The notes beneath the pieces were generated by a model. It was not told the DNA's origin. It ran no database searches and saw nothing but the letters and a program-made list of their open reading frames with translations. From Haliotis rufescens (taxonomy: Eukaryota), in contig NW_025964372.1 of NCBI RefSeq assembly GCF_023055435.1, positions 5,766,001-5,830,000 on the forward strand: DNA of 64,000 bases, given 5' to 3'. This document shows, piece by piece, positions 35,359 through 47,379 of the stretch (the stretch's first letter is position 1; each line of letters begins with the position of its first letter). The position numbers and the translations under genes are program-made.

Positions 35359-38300
35359 ATGGCTGCCAAACCAAAGTGGCGAAAGATCCTCTACGAGGAC
35401 CAAGGTGTTCCTGATAACTACGTCGACGCCAGTTTCTTGGATGAATTAAAGAAGAATTGTATGCTTGCATATTTCATCTAACGAAAATCTTCCATGTCTA
35501 ATTCGAAAGACCTTTGTTGGAAGCGTTTGGTCCTGATTTGATTCTGAGGGTTATGAATAAGAAACACGAAATGAGAAATAAATGTCATGTCTCATGAACT
35601 GTGTCGCGATAGTATCATACGATACGTAACTGGATTGTATGATGATGATTTCCATATGTTCCGGACATTGTTCATTCTCGCCTCATGTTCCCATGTTTGG
35701 TTGGACTGTGGTGATTAGGCTAGTAGAGTTTCAATGATATCCAAAGGCGCCTATGATTGCAGTGGCTCTGTTTTTAAATGGATTTTAGTTGGAATTTAAT
35801 CTAAATTACGTAATTGATCATTATTGTCATTATGGCCGCAAATAAGTTCAATTTAGTAATAACTCAAAAACAGAAAAATACTCAAGCACAACTGTGCATA
35901 TGGTTGATGTGTGTGTAATATACATTGTCACCTGTCATGGTAGATCGTTTGGCCTGTCATTGATTGTGAATTTGTGTACATAAGTAGCCAATTCAAATGG
36001 GATATAAAACACTACGACAATGTCAAATATGTCAGTGAAACATGTATGCATGAATTTTAATTGGTTTACGAATCCACCATCACTCAACAATGGTTAAAAG
36101 TGGAAATCTAGCTGAGAGTCTGAAAAGCACTATTTGTACTGTTTGTTCTATTCTTACAAATGTAAATTTACATAAGTCAATAAATAGATATATTCCTGTA
36201 TTAGTTGAAATGTTTACATCTTTTTGTTTGCCAGTGTACACCCGGAAATATGAATACCTGCCGCTGGTTTACGAGTCAGGAGTGATTACTCAGCATCTTA
36301 GCAGGTACCAGTAGCATAAACTGCCAGGTCTCTTTTTACAGATGTATTGAGCATATGCAATTCAATTTGCAAAGCAGCATCATTTTTTATCATGGGTTTA
36401 AATTCTAGAATTGTCCTGATTATCGTTCTTGGTGTTCCTTGGTTCCTCACACATTAAGCTGACATGCTGTGATAGAACAGAAATACTTACAAAAGCAACA
36501 CCAAGTCTCACTGAGCATAAGTCAAAATGCTTGTATCGATGCTCATGACATCAGTCACTGGATTGTCTGGTCCAGACTCATATATTTACAGACTGCCGTC
36601 ATATAGCTGGAATATTGCTGAGTGCGGCATTAAACAACGAACAAACAAACAAACACAAAAATACCTTGTGATGATGTATATTATGTGAAGCCAGAGTGAT
36701 AAAAAAACTGTACAATCACACCTTTTTATGTAATTTTAGAGAAAGCTTTTCTTCTTGTTGGCACACTTAAATCCCAAAAGCACACCAGAATGTTTTTAGG
36801 AGAGTCCTGTGGCTGATGTAGTCCAAGGTTTTCCTCAGTCATGATTGAATGTGTATCGTTAAATATTTACATGTAATAGGGTTATTTTACATGGTGTCAT
36901 CTCCTGTTCCAGCGTCTGCTTGTTTGTGATAGTGTTTGTGTACATGAATGAGAAATGGTTGTCGGCGGAGAGTCTGTGTGTTGTGTCCACTGGGGTAACT
37001 GTCGTGGCGTACCTCCTCAATGAAGTCATCGATGGTGGACAGAGTCGGTCCCAGTCCAAGAGGACAAGTAAGTTTGCCGTCTTTGTAGGCGTGTGTCAGA
37101 GATACAAACCCTGTAAACACCATCTTCTCAGAAACTACTGGACCAATGAAGCTGAAACTTCACATGCTTGTTGGAAGCAGAATTCATGAGGTTCCAATGA
37201 GGTGCCACCGTGGCAGCCATATTGAAAAAGCTATTTATGTCTTGATCGTTGTATGATTAAAAGTGTGTGTTTGAATATTTGAATATCAATACTAACAACA
37301 ACTGACCCGTGAAGATTGGGGTTAGAATAGGTCTTCAGCAACCCATGCTTGCTGTAAAAGGCGACTATACTTGTTGTCAGGCGGCTAACAAGATCGGATG
37401 GTCAGACTCGCTGACTTTGTTGATGTGTGGATTGATGCTCATGATATCAATCACTGGATTGTCGGGTCCAGACTCGATTATTTACAGACCGCCATCATAT
37501 AGCTGGAATATTGCAGAGTGCGGCGTTAAACAAGAAACAAACTGGCAGCAGCATTTTCTTTGTTGACATTTTAGACCGTTGACTACAGCTGGGGTGCCGT
37601 GGCACTAGACTAGTTTTATGCTGATGCACTAATTTGCACCCTGTAAAACTCTGCATGCATGTTATATTCATAATATATTCATAATATATTCAATTCGATA
37701 AATACTAGACAGAAGGTTTGCTTAGTTGATTTTATAGGCATTCACCTTATGAGTATTCCGTGCAGAATAAGTCCCTGTGATACCTGTTGCTTGTTGTAAG
37801 AGTTGACTGAAAAATGTTGATCGAGGGATAGTGTGCAATCGTACAACAAAGGCTGTTAACCACTTGTTTACTCCAAATTTTTGCAATCGTGATACAGCTG
37901 GAATATTAATAGGATGTAGCAATAACGTATTAAAACAACATTTGTTCGTGTCATGTTTCTGTGAAATCATATTTGTTTGTAGAATGGCCCAAATAAGGAA
38001 TAAATTTTTAACAGATATTTTCGAAATTGAAAAAGTAAATGCTTTGCTTAATTTCTTATCCAGTGATGGACGATCTGAAGACGGCGGTTCTGTTTTCCGG
38101 CTTCAGTTTTGGTCTGTCACCGATCTTAGTGTCCCTGACAGAGACAGTCAGCACTGACACAATCTATGCCATGACAACTATCATGCTGCTGGCCAACGTG
38201 CTGTTCCACGACTACGGTGCAAGTGCTGCGATGTAGGTGTTAATATATTCACTGAAATACTGAGCATGTTGAGTGATGGATTATATCAGCGTGTCAGACT

Positions 38301-41279
38301 GAACCAGGACATCTTCCCGAGGCAAGGGAGTTAACTTACAATAAAAGTCCAGTTTCCACCCTTGCCGAACTAGGCTGGTATTATGGAGTTACATTTTGGC
38401 TGGACTAACGAGTCTATGCATAGTCCAATCAAAATCGCGCACCGAAATCGAAATCCGGTTCGTAAACTGTCATGCAGATTTCGGTCGATTGCAGGATTTG
38501 CAAAGCATGTACACCTCCAACTCGTTGTCAGCTGATATTTTCCAAATCCTTTCATGTTTTTTATCAAGGTGCTCACGTGATTAGATGCCTTACGCGATGT
38601 AGGACCCGTTTTATCACGATAGAGAACTCGATTATCGATCAGATCGTCCTGACTGGGCGCCACCATTTTGTGTGAAGCAAACGCAAGTGATATGAGAGGT
38701 GGAATCTGATGGGTCCATAGGAGAGGTTTAGTAGGGTCATAACTGGTAATAGCCACTGGTGGCGCTACGATCGAGCCCAGGAATTCCAGTCTAGTTCGGC
38801 AAGGATGGAAACTGGACTTTTTAAGTCAGTTAACTCTCTTGCCTCCGGAAGATGGATACAGGAGGGGAATGATGCAGATCGTAGAATTTACCACTGGTGA
38901 CACAGTGTTGGAAATTAAACTTCTATTCCAGACAATGATCATTAGGTTCCTTAAGGTTGAAAATTGTAAACTGAAAAAAAAATTGGCTTTCTGGAATGTC
39001 TTTCAGTTGGCCGGTTATTGTATGGCAGTACGTCCCATGGTATATGGAAATTATCTTATGTTCCAAATGTTTATCCTATTGGACAGGACCCGTGAAGATC
39101 CGGGGTAGAATAGGTATTCAGCAACCCTTGCTTGCTGTAAAAGGCGACTATGCTTGTCGTAAGAGGCGACTGATGGGATCGGGTGTTCAGGCTCGCTGAC
39201 TTGGTTGATGCATGTCCCAATTGCGTGGTTGATTATTTACAGACTGCCATCATATAGCTGGAATATTGCTGAGTGCGGCGTTAAACAACAAACCAATCTA
39301 TTGGACAGAGATCATGATTTGATGATAGATGATAGATGATGATTTGACAGTATAAGTCATACAGCCCATCATTGTCGTTCGGAAAGCCTTGTATTAAACT
39401 TTTCAAGATTGTATGATTAGAAAACACATTTGGACTTTCACATTCATGGTTTCATCAGCTGCCATTACCCTGTGGGGATTCTAGGTTAGAATATTCTGGA
39501 AAAGGACCCCAGTGTCCCATGTTTGTCGTAGCAGACGTCCACTTGAATCAGTATTCATGTTCGGTGACTGGGTGGATTGTACCCAGGTGGCATTGGACAT
39601 TGTTCATTATCATGATTATCATAAATCATGATAATATCAATCATGGGTTTGTCTGGTCCAGACTAGATTCTTTCTGTGTGAGGTGTTATACAAAAACAAA
39701 ATCCATGTAATCAATCCCTGAATTATTTATTGATTGTGGAAACTTGGAGAAATTCCTTCTTGAAAGTGTAATTAAAGCTGCATATAACTGTTTATCCAGC
39801 TTGTTCTACATGAAGGTGACTGGATTAGATGCATGGCATCACATCTTGTCCCAGCCTCTAGTCATGAACTCTGTTGATGTTCCAGTGTGTCTGGCACCCT
39901 GTCTCTAAGCGCGGCAACGTTCGCGTCCGTGTGCCTGGCGTCCCGCCTGAACACCACCTGGCATGCCTTCACAACCATTGTGTTTTCCTTTGAGCTGTTC
40001 GCTCTGTGGCCTGTCCTGAGGCGGAAACTGAAGGTATGTGTTTGATGGCCATTCCCCGTTCTAGTTTGCAGATTATCCTCCACCAAAAAAGTGTTTTGCG
40101 GCAGATATCGAAACGGGTTCCATCTGTCCGTCCGTCATGTTTTGTTTCCAGAGCATAACTCAGAAACCATTTAATATATCTTCATGAAACGTTATATACA
40201 TTTCATGCATGCATTGAACTGTTGCCTTTTGCTATTCGGGATTTTTTAACAGGCTTAAACTTTTTGTGCATGTGATGACCGTAGAATATCCAGGTTTATT
40301 CATGGTGTCACTATTTGCATTCAGTGATGTCATTTTTTTTCATTTCCCAAGAATCTTTTGCACCAATCTTCCTTTAACTGACTATAAATATTTGTACCAA
40401 AATAAAGTAAAAGTGTCATCAAGTTATTACTTCAAAAGAGCTGCGCGTCACAGCCTTGTGGCGCTATTTTGTTTTCTTTTGGAGGACAGCAGTTTGCAAA
40501 CACACAAGATAATTCAAGTGGCCTCCAAGTCTCCCACATATTTGTTTAAAGTTGTCTCCACTATAGTGGCTGAATTGTCTTCAAACAATTTTAAGGTGTC
40601 ATGCTTGTCGAAGAGGCGACTAACAGGATCGGGTGGTCAGACTCGCTGACTTGGTTGATGCATGTCATCGTATCCCAATTGTGTGGATCGATGCTCATGA
40701 TGTCAATCACTGGATTGTCTGGTCCAGACTGGATCATTTACAGACCGCCGTCATATAGCTGGAATATTTCTGAGTGCGGCGTTAAACAACAATCAAACTA
40801 ACAAACAAAATCAAACAATTTTTAAGCATTTCTTACTAAAACAAATTGTGTTTAAGTTTTAGTTTGAATTAAAGAAAACATGCTTTATGTTTATGGCATG
40901 AATGAGAAAATAACAAGTTCCATATAATTTTTCCAGACTCATGCACCCAGCAGCCAGGTTCCACTGACTGTCCTCCTGGGGGGCGGGGCACTGATGCTGC
41001 TGTTGTCCGTCACAACAGCAGGCGCTGTGTTGTTCGCTGTGTTCCATCTGTTCATCACATTCATCTGCCCCTACTGGCTCACCAGACTACAGCTTTATAA
41101 AAAGTGAGTATGCATTAATTCTAGCTTTTTAATTGAACCATAATAAACTTTTGAGAGACAAATGTTTCTGACACTATAAAATCCTATTTCTTTTGAACAT
41201 GGAAATGAATGTATTTCTTTTTTTCAGTAACATCTACGGTCCATGGGATGAAGCTGTGATTAAACCTGATCCATCATAA
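35359..41279 (+). CDS. PIGC: Phosphatidylinositol N-acetylglucosaminyltransferase subunit C (GPI2), 286 aa
   Basis: Exons 35359-35458, 36235-36304, 36913-37067, 38064-38232, 39886-40033, 40937-41103, 41228-41279, all in phase. Motifs [55 protein letters not shown] and [10 protein letters not shown]. Confidence 0.95.
37304..37541 (+). mobile_element. Retroposon family A, internal deletion
   Basis: Starts at GACCCGTGAAG and has the family tail. Confidence 0.88.
38310..38854 (-). mobile_element. MITE family E, full length, internal 98-codon ORF open
   Basis: TIRs, near-TSD gaaccagga/gatacagga, and ORF 38666-38370 (MVAPSQDDL...CNSIIPA). Confidence 0.92.
39087..39295 (+). mobile_element. Retroposon family A
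   Basis: TSD ctattggacag flanks the GACCCG start and the aaac tail. Confidence 0.88.
40601..40810 (+). mobile_element. Retroposon family A, 5'-truncated
   Basis: Matches the family A body and tail. Confidence 0.85.
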
Positions 41280-41417
41280 CACGATGACAGTGTTGTTATA
41301 TAGACATGCGAGTGAGAGAAAGGTTGAATAGTGGTCAGTGTGTGATTGTTGCTGCCAATTTAATAAATTTGGCAGGTGTTATTTATTAGTACTGAATTAT
41401 GGATGTCTGTTCCTGTC

Positions 41418-42472
41418 CATCTTCCTGAGGCAAGAGAGTTAACTGACTTTAAAAGTCCAGGGCCTGGTTCAACAAGGCGATCTTAGCGCTACGATCATCG
41501 TAAGCCTATGTTAAAGTATGGGAGTTACGATCATCTTAGCGCTAATATCGCTTTGTGGGGCCTCGGCTGGAATTCCTGGGTTCAGTCGTAGCGCCACCAG
41601 TGGCTATTATGGGTTATGTCCTTTCTATGCCTCTCCTATTGACCAATCGGATTCAACCTCTCATATCACTTGCATTTGCTTCAAACAAAATGGCGGCGCC
41701 CGGTCAAGACGATCTGATCGATAATCAAGATCTATAGTGTGATAAAACGCGTCTTACATCGCCAAGTGCATCAACTCACGTGAGCACCTTGATTAAAAAC
41801 ATGAAAAGATTTGGAAAATATCTGTTGACAACGAGTTGGCAGTGCACATGCTTTGCAAATCCTGCAATCGATCGAAATCTGCATGACAGTTTACAAACCA
41901 GATTTCAATTTCGATGCGCGATTGTGATTGGACTATGCATAGACTTAAGAGTTAACTCCCTTGCAACTGGACTGGACTGCATAGTCCAATCAAAATTGCG
42001 TAATGAAATCGACATCCGGTTCGTAAACAACATGGATTTAAACTTGGCGTCCACAGATATTTTCCAAATCTTTTCATGTTTTTTATCAATGTGCTCACGT
42101 AATTTGATGCACTTCGTTAAGTAAGACCCATTTTATTACAATCTATATTTTGATCATTGATCAGATCGTCACGACTGACCTCGCCACTATTTTGTTTTGA
42201 AGCAAATGCTAGTGACATGAGAGGTTGAATCTAATTGGTCAATAGGAGGGGAAGAGAGGGGGCCGATCTCATTAAAATCAGATCTTAGTTCTCGCTACCG
42301 CTAAACAAAGCTTTGTACTAAGATCTGATTTTAATGAGATTGAGAGGGGGCAAAACTCGTAATAGCCATTGGTGGCGCTATGGTCGAGTACAGAAATTCC
42401 ATCCCAGTGCGGCAAGGGTTGAAACTGGACTTATAGTCAGTTAACTCGGGAACAGTTTGCCTCGGGAAGATG
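41418..42472. mobile_element. Composite inverted dimer of MITE family E with two small palindromic MITEs nested inside
   Basis: Forward copy 41418-~41965 joined to a reverse copy ~41967-42472. Inserts at ~41461-41562 and ~42260-42345. Confidence 0.85.
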
Positions 42473-42574
42473 GGTTTGTGTGGACAACAGGTAATTGGAA
42501 CCAGATCTGATATTGACTGGATATTTCAGGCAATAAAATATTTATTTTTTCATCATGTTTCTGTGCATCTGTTT

Positions 42575-42720
42575 GAGTGAGTGAGTGAGTATGGTTTTAT
42601 TCCGCTTTTAGCAATATTCCAGCAATATCATGGCAGGGGACACCACTGCCCATGTGGGGAATCAAACCTGGGTAATCGGCATGAGGAGTGAACGCTGCAA
42701 CCACTAGGCTACCCCACTGC
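42575..42720 (-). mobile_element. SINE family C
   Basis: (gagt)n then tail and tRNA head in reverse orientation. Confidence 0.75.
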
Positions 42721-43399
42721 CATGCTTCTGTTATAAGTGAGGAGGAAGGTCAAATGATATCATTCTTCAACACATTGACTCTGAATTATCTTTACAAATT
42801 GGTTGAAACAAAAAACATGGCACCATGTTGGGATTCCCTAGCAACCTATGCTGGTTGTAAGAGGCGACCAAATAGATCGGATGCTGAGACTCCTTGACTT
42901 GGATGATGCCATGTCATTGTACCCAACCCTGGATCCTTGTTCACAATATCGATCACTGGATTGTCTGGTCCAGAGTCATATAGTTGGAATATTACTGTGT
43001 GCAGCGTTAAGCAACAAACAAACACACATGAACATTATGAACAGTAAAATTGTTATGATTACACATAAACTCCAAAGCTGTAAAAAACGACTATGCTTGT
43101 CGTAAGAGGCGACTGATGGATCAGGTGGTCAGGTTCACCGACTTGGTTGATGCATGTCATCTTATCCCAACTGCGTAGATTGATGCTCATGATGTCAATC
43201 AGATTTCTTGTTTGGTCCAGGTTAAACAACAAACAAAGATAACAAGGAGTATCGGTCCAAATAATTTACTATCTTGGAAGGAATTATATATTTTCATATC
43301 CCATGGAAAGAACACTGACTTAAAGCACAGTATGGAACAACTGTCCAAATGAAGAGTGTTCCTGCGAAAACCATGTATCCGCATTGGAGGGAAGTACAT

Positions 43400-43740
43400 T
43401 TCTGAGCAGTAGAATAAATGCTTGGTTCCCCGCCATGGAGAAAACAGGCTGACCGTGGATTTCTGAGCGGGAGAATAAATCTCTTTAATATACCACGCCA
43501 CAAAGAATACAGGCTGCATGAGGATTTCTGAGAGGAATAACTAATACTCGCACAAAGAAAACAGGCTGCACGTGGATTTCTTATCTGCAGAATAAATCCC
43601 ATACCCGCCACGAAGAAAGCAGGCTGCACGCTGATTTGTGAGCAGGAGAATAAATCTCTTATACCACACCAAGAATATGGGCTGCGCTTGGATTTCTGAG
43701 CGGGACAATAAATCCCTTATACCCCGCTTCTAAGAAAAAA
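43400..43740. repeat. Degenerate ~59-bp tandem repeat
   Basis: aggctgc..ggatttctgagcgggagaataaatc...acc.cgcca recurs about 6 times. Confidence 0.75.
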
Positions 43741-43875
43741 GCTGAACAGTCGAACACCTGTTTTTGTTTTTGTTTCATTTAATCAATTTTCAATTTGATT
43801 AAATTCTTTTACAATGGCAGATTGTAACATGTCGAAAAGATAAATTCGTTGTTGAAGTATCACTCGGGGTATATG

Positions 43876-43980
43876 TATCTTCCCGAGGCAAGAGCGTTAA
43901 CTGACTTTAAAAGTGCAGTTTCCACCCTTGGTGGAAGCTGGACTTTTATAGTCAGATAACTCTCTTGCCTCGGGAAGATG
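43876..43980. mobile_element. MITE family E, 105-bp TIR-only hairpin
   Basis: Perfect 9-bp TSD gggtatatg. Confidence 0.9.
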
Positions 43981-44459
43981 GGGTATATGTGGTTTTATGC
44001 ATCACTTTATGATTTATACCGCTCAGTTCCACACATGGCTCGTGGTATAAAACTTAAAGCAGATAAAACCACATATACTCCGAGTAATACTTTTACAATA
44101 GTTACTGAGTATAGTATTTGGAACATGTTGCAGACGTTTCATTTCATCCCAGTCATGTCAGATTGTTGTATATGATATGTATGTAAATCAGATACTGATG
44201 CTCAACTCTAGCAAGGTGATCTGGCGTTATTGTGTTAGGGTGTCACTCTAGGGCCGTTCTGTTAAAAAAAGGTAAAATTGCCGTTTGTAAAATCTCATCT
44301 TGATATCTCACAGCATTCAAATTTCCATCAATCACAATCATTTGAGTCCTTCCTGTAGCCGTTATTCCAGCCCATATCATACCACCACTATCCCAAAAGC
44401 GTCCCCTTCAAGAACACATGGCGTAACGTAATGTTCACGCCAACGCTTGTAGACAAGGG

Positions 44460-44656
44460 GACCCGTGAAGCCGAAGCGACTTACGGGATCGTGTGGTCAG
44501 GCCCCCTGACTTGGCATGTCATCGTATCCCAATTGCATAAATCGATGCTCATGTCGTCAATCACTGGCTTGTCTGGTCCAGACTCCATTATTTACAGACC
44601 GCCGTGAATATAGCTGGAATATTGCTGAGTGCGGCGTTAAATAACAAACAAACAAA
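44460..44656 (+). mobile_element. Retroposon family A with deleted head
   Basis: 12-bp TSD ttgtagacaagg. Confidence 0.85.
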
Positions 44657-45009
44657 TTGTAGACAAGGATCTCGCCATCGGATCTGACCGAGTGGCATTG
44701 GCATGGAATTAGATATCGGACATTTTATAGATAACACCTGCAGCAATTTCTACTGCAGTTATTCCATGAAAAAAACCCCAATGCAATACCAGCGACAATT
44801 TGGTTTGTTTGTCTCCGAGATTTTTCATGAGCAAAAGCCAAAATTTAATTTGGAGGTTTTGAAGTGAAAATAATCCACCTGTTGCCTTTGAGTATATTTG
44901 CTTGAGGTACACCTACAAGGCAGGCTCGAAGAGCGTTTCTCAGACGGGGGTGTCGAGACCAAACTAAAGGCATATGATTAAATCTAAACATGTATAAAAA
45001 TAAGTCAAG

Positions 45010-45832
45010 GGATCAGATGGGCTCAATGATTGAGCGGATCAGGTGTTCTCAATGACTGAGAGGATTAGGTGGGCTCAATGACTGAGAGGATCAGGTGGGC
45101 TCAATGAGTGCAGGGATCAGGTGGGCTCAATGACTGAGAGGATCAGGTGGGCTCAATGACTGAGAGGATCAGGTGTTTTAATGACTGAGAGAATCAGGTG
45201 TTCTTAATGACTGAGAGGATCAGGTGGGCTCAATGACTGAGAGGATCAGGTGGGCTCAATGACTGAGAGGATCAGGTGGGCTCAATTAGTGCAGGGATCA
45301 GGTGGGCTCAATGACTGAGAGGATCAGGTGTTCTCAATGACTGAGAGGATCAGGTGTTCTTAATGAGTGCAGGGATTAGGTGGGCTTAATGACTGAGAGG
45401 ATCAGGTGTTCTTAATGAGTGCAGGGATTAGGTGGGCTCAATGACTGAGAGGATCAGATGGGCTCAATGACTGAGAGGATCAGGTGTTCTTAATGAGTGC
45501 AGGGATCAGGTGGGCTCAATGACTGAGAGGATCAGGTGGGCTCAATGACTGAGAGGATCAGGTGGGCTCAATGACTGAGAGGATCAGGTGGGCCCAATGA
45601 CTGAGAGGATCAGATGGGCTCAATGATTGAGCGGATCAGGTGTTCTCAATGACTGAGAGGATCAGGTGGGCTCAATGACTGAGAGGGTCAGGTGGGCTCA
45701 ATGACTGAGAGGATCAGGTGTTCTTAATGACTGAGAGGATCAGGTGGGCTCAATGACTGAGAGGATCAGGTGGGCTCAATGAGTGCAGGGATCAGGTGGG
45801 CTCAATGAGTGCAGGGATCAGGTGGGCTCAAT
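45010..45832. repeat. 26-bp minisatellite (ggatcaggtgggctcaatgactgaga), about 31 copies
   Basis: Tandem units with tgttct and gtgcag variants. Confidence 0.95.
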
Positions 45833-47379
45833 GTATTAGCAGCTTTGCTGTAGTAATTAAATAAGGCGCCTGAACATCCATCTGAGGTATAGCTCCGTAT
45901 GTTGATTATTGATCCCACTCGTTTTGACCTCAGACCGACATTTACTCCCAGAAAGAAAGTTATACTATTTTAAAATATATGTCTACAAAGTACAAACTAA
46001 AAAAGATCCAGCTGGAGCCCAGAACAGTGGTTAATTTCACGGACCCTAGAGCTGGGGCATTCTAGACTTGAGTTGGAGTTTAATATATTCCCTAGGGTCA
46101 AGGAGAGGCAATTTTGGCCTTTGAATTCCGACTTACCCTTAAACCCAGTGATAACCAACGATTTGAAAGTTTATAATCATGTTGTGTTGTTCCCCGTGTA
46201 ATCACATGAACAATGAAACGAAAAGCATAAACATTTTATTCGCATAAATACATTAAATTTTTTAAAAAAAAGCTGTAATACTGGCCGGTGACAATATATA
46301 ATTATGAATGTGAAAACTAAAAGTACATGTGCACAATTTGGCCTTTGTACTTCATGTCAACGCGAGGGCAGAATGGCTCTCTGTACATACATGAAGATGG
46401 ACCCCGCCATTCGTTCAAATAATAAAAGTAACAGCTGTGATCAAATCTCAGGTATATTTCCATTCTGCAGGAACCTGCGCAATAAACACAAAACATCCTG
46501 CCGCAATTAATGGAATCTGTTGTTTCGACAATAATACCACACACGCTACAGACTTGGTTGGATGTCGGATGATTGATGGGATGATTGTCAGGTTCAACTG
46601 TAATTTAGTTTTGATTTGAAGCATTCCTGTAATTTGATGATGTATTTTATATAATCATCCACCCAAATCTATGTCTCAGATGTGTATATTAACGCTCGCC
46701 ATTCACACATCTGACAGTTAACTTTCCATGGTCAGAACCCAATGTAACTGATGTCTGGGTTCTCAAAGCAAAGGTGGAAGTTAATCGCCGCCCCCCCCCC
46801 CCCCCCCCCAAATCACCCCCCACCCCCTCACAAACACCTTCAGTTATATCCATCCAATTTATAAGATATACCAAGCTTCTATCTCTTTCAATAGTGAGAC
46901 TCCCATATTACTGATATCTTGCCTCTCAGCGGATGACCGTGCAATCCTTAACACAATCCTTAAGTTGCACAAAATAATTGGTACTTCAATGATCTTCATG
47001 TTAAAAGTTGGACGATCCTTGGTTATCCGTCATGCACTTCGTCAACACTTCACGGGATTGTACATACTTCGTTCCGCCCATGAATAAATGAGGCTGTATA
47101 TACCGTATTTCCTTTATTAGAATCCAATTTTCGCGGACCTCTAATTAACGCAGGGCCATATATGCTCTGACCAACAATAGAAGCCACAAGGCTACGACAC
47201 GTCATTCATACGTCATCATACATCCCGCCCACGTCATCCTCTCATTGGAACCAATCCTTTGCATGAGTCCTTGGTAAGACTACATAGCAAGACGCCGCTA
47301 TGTATCCACGGGTGTCGGAACTTATTGTACACAAGCCCGTGAAGTCTTGACGACCTGGAACACCCTATCACCACCTCAG

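Noticed and set aside
45010-45832. CRISPR-like regular repeats (also 356-2695)
   Set aside because: Units are contiguous with no unique spacers, no cas genes are present, and the context is eukaryotic.
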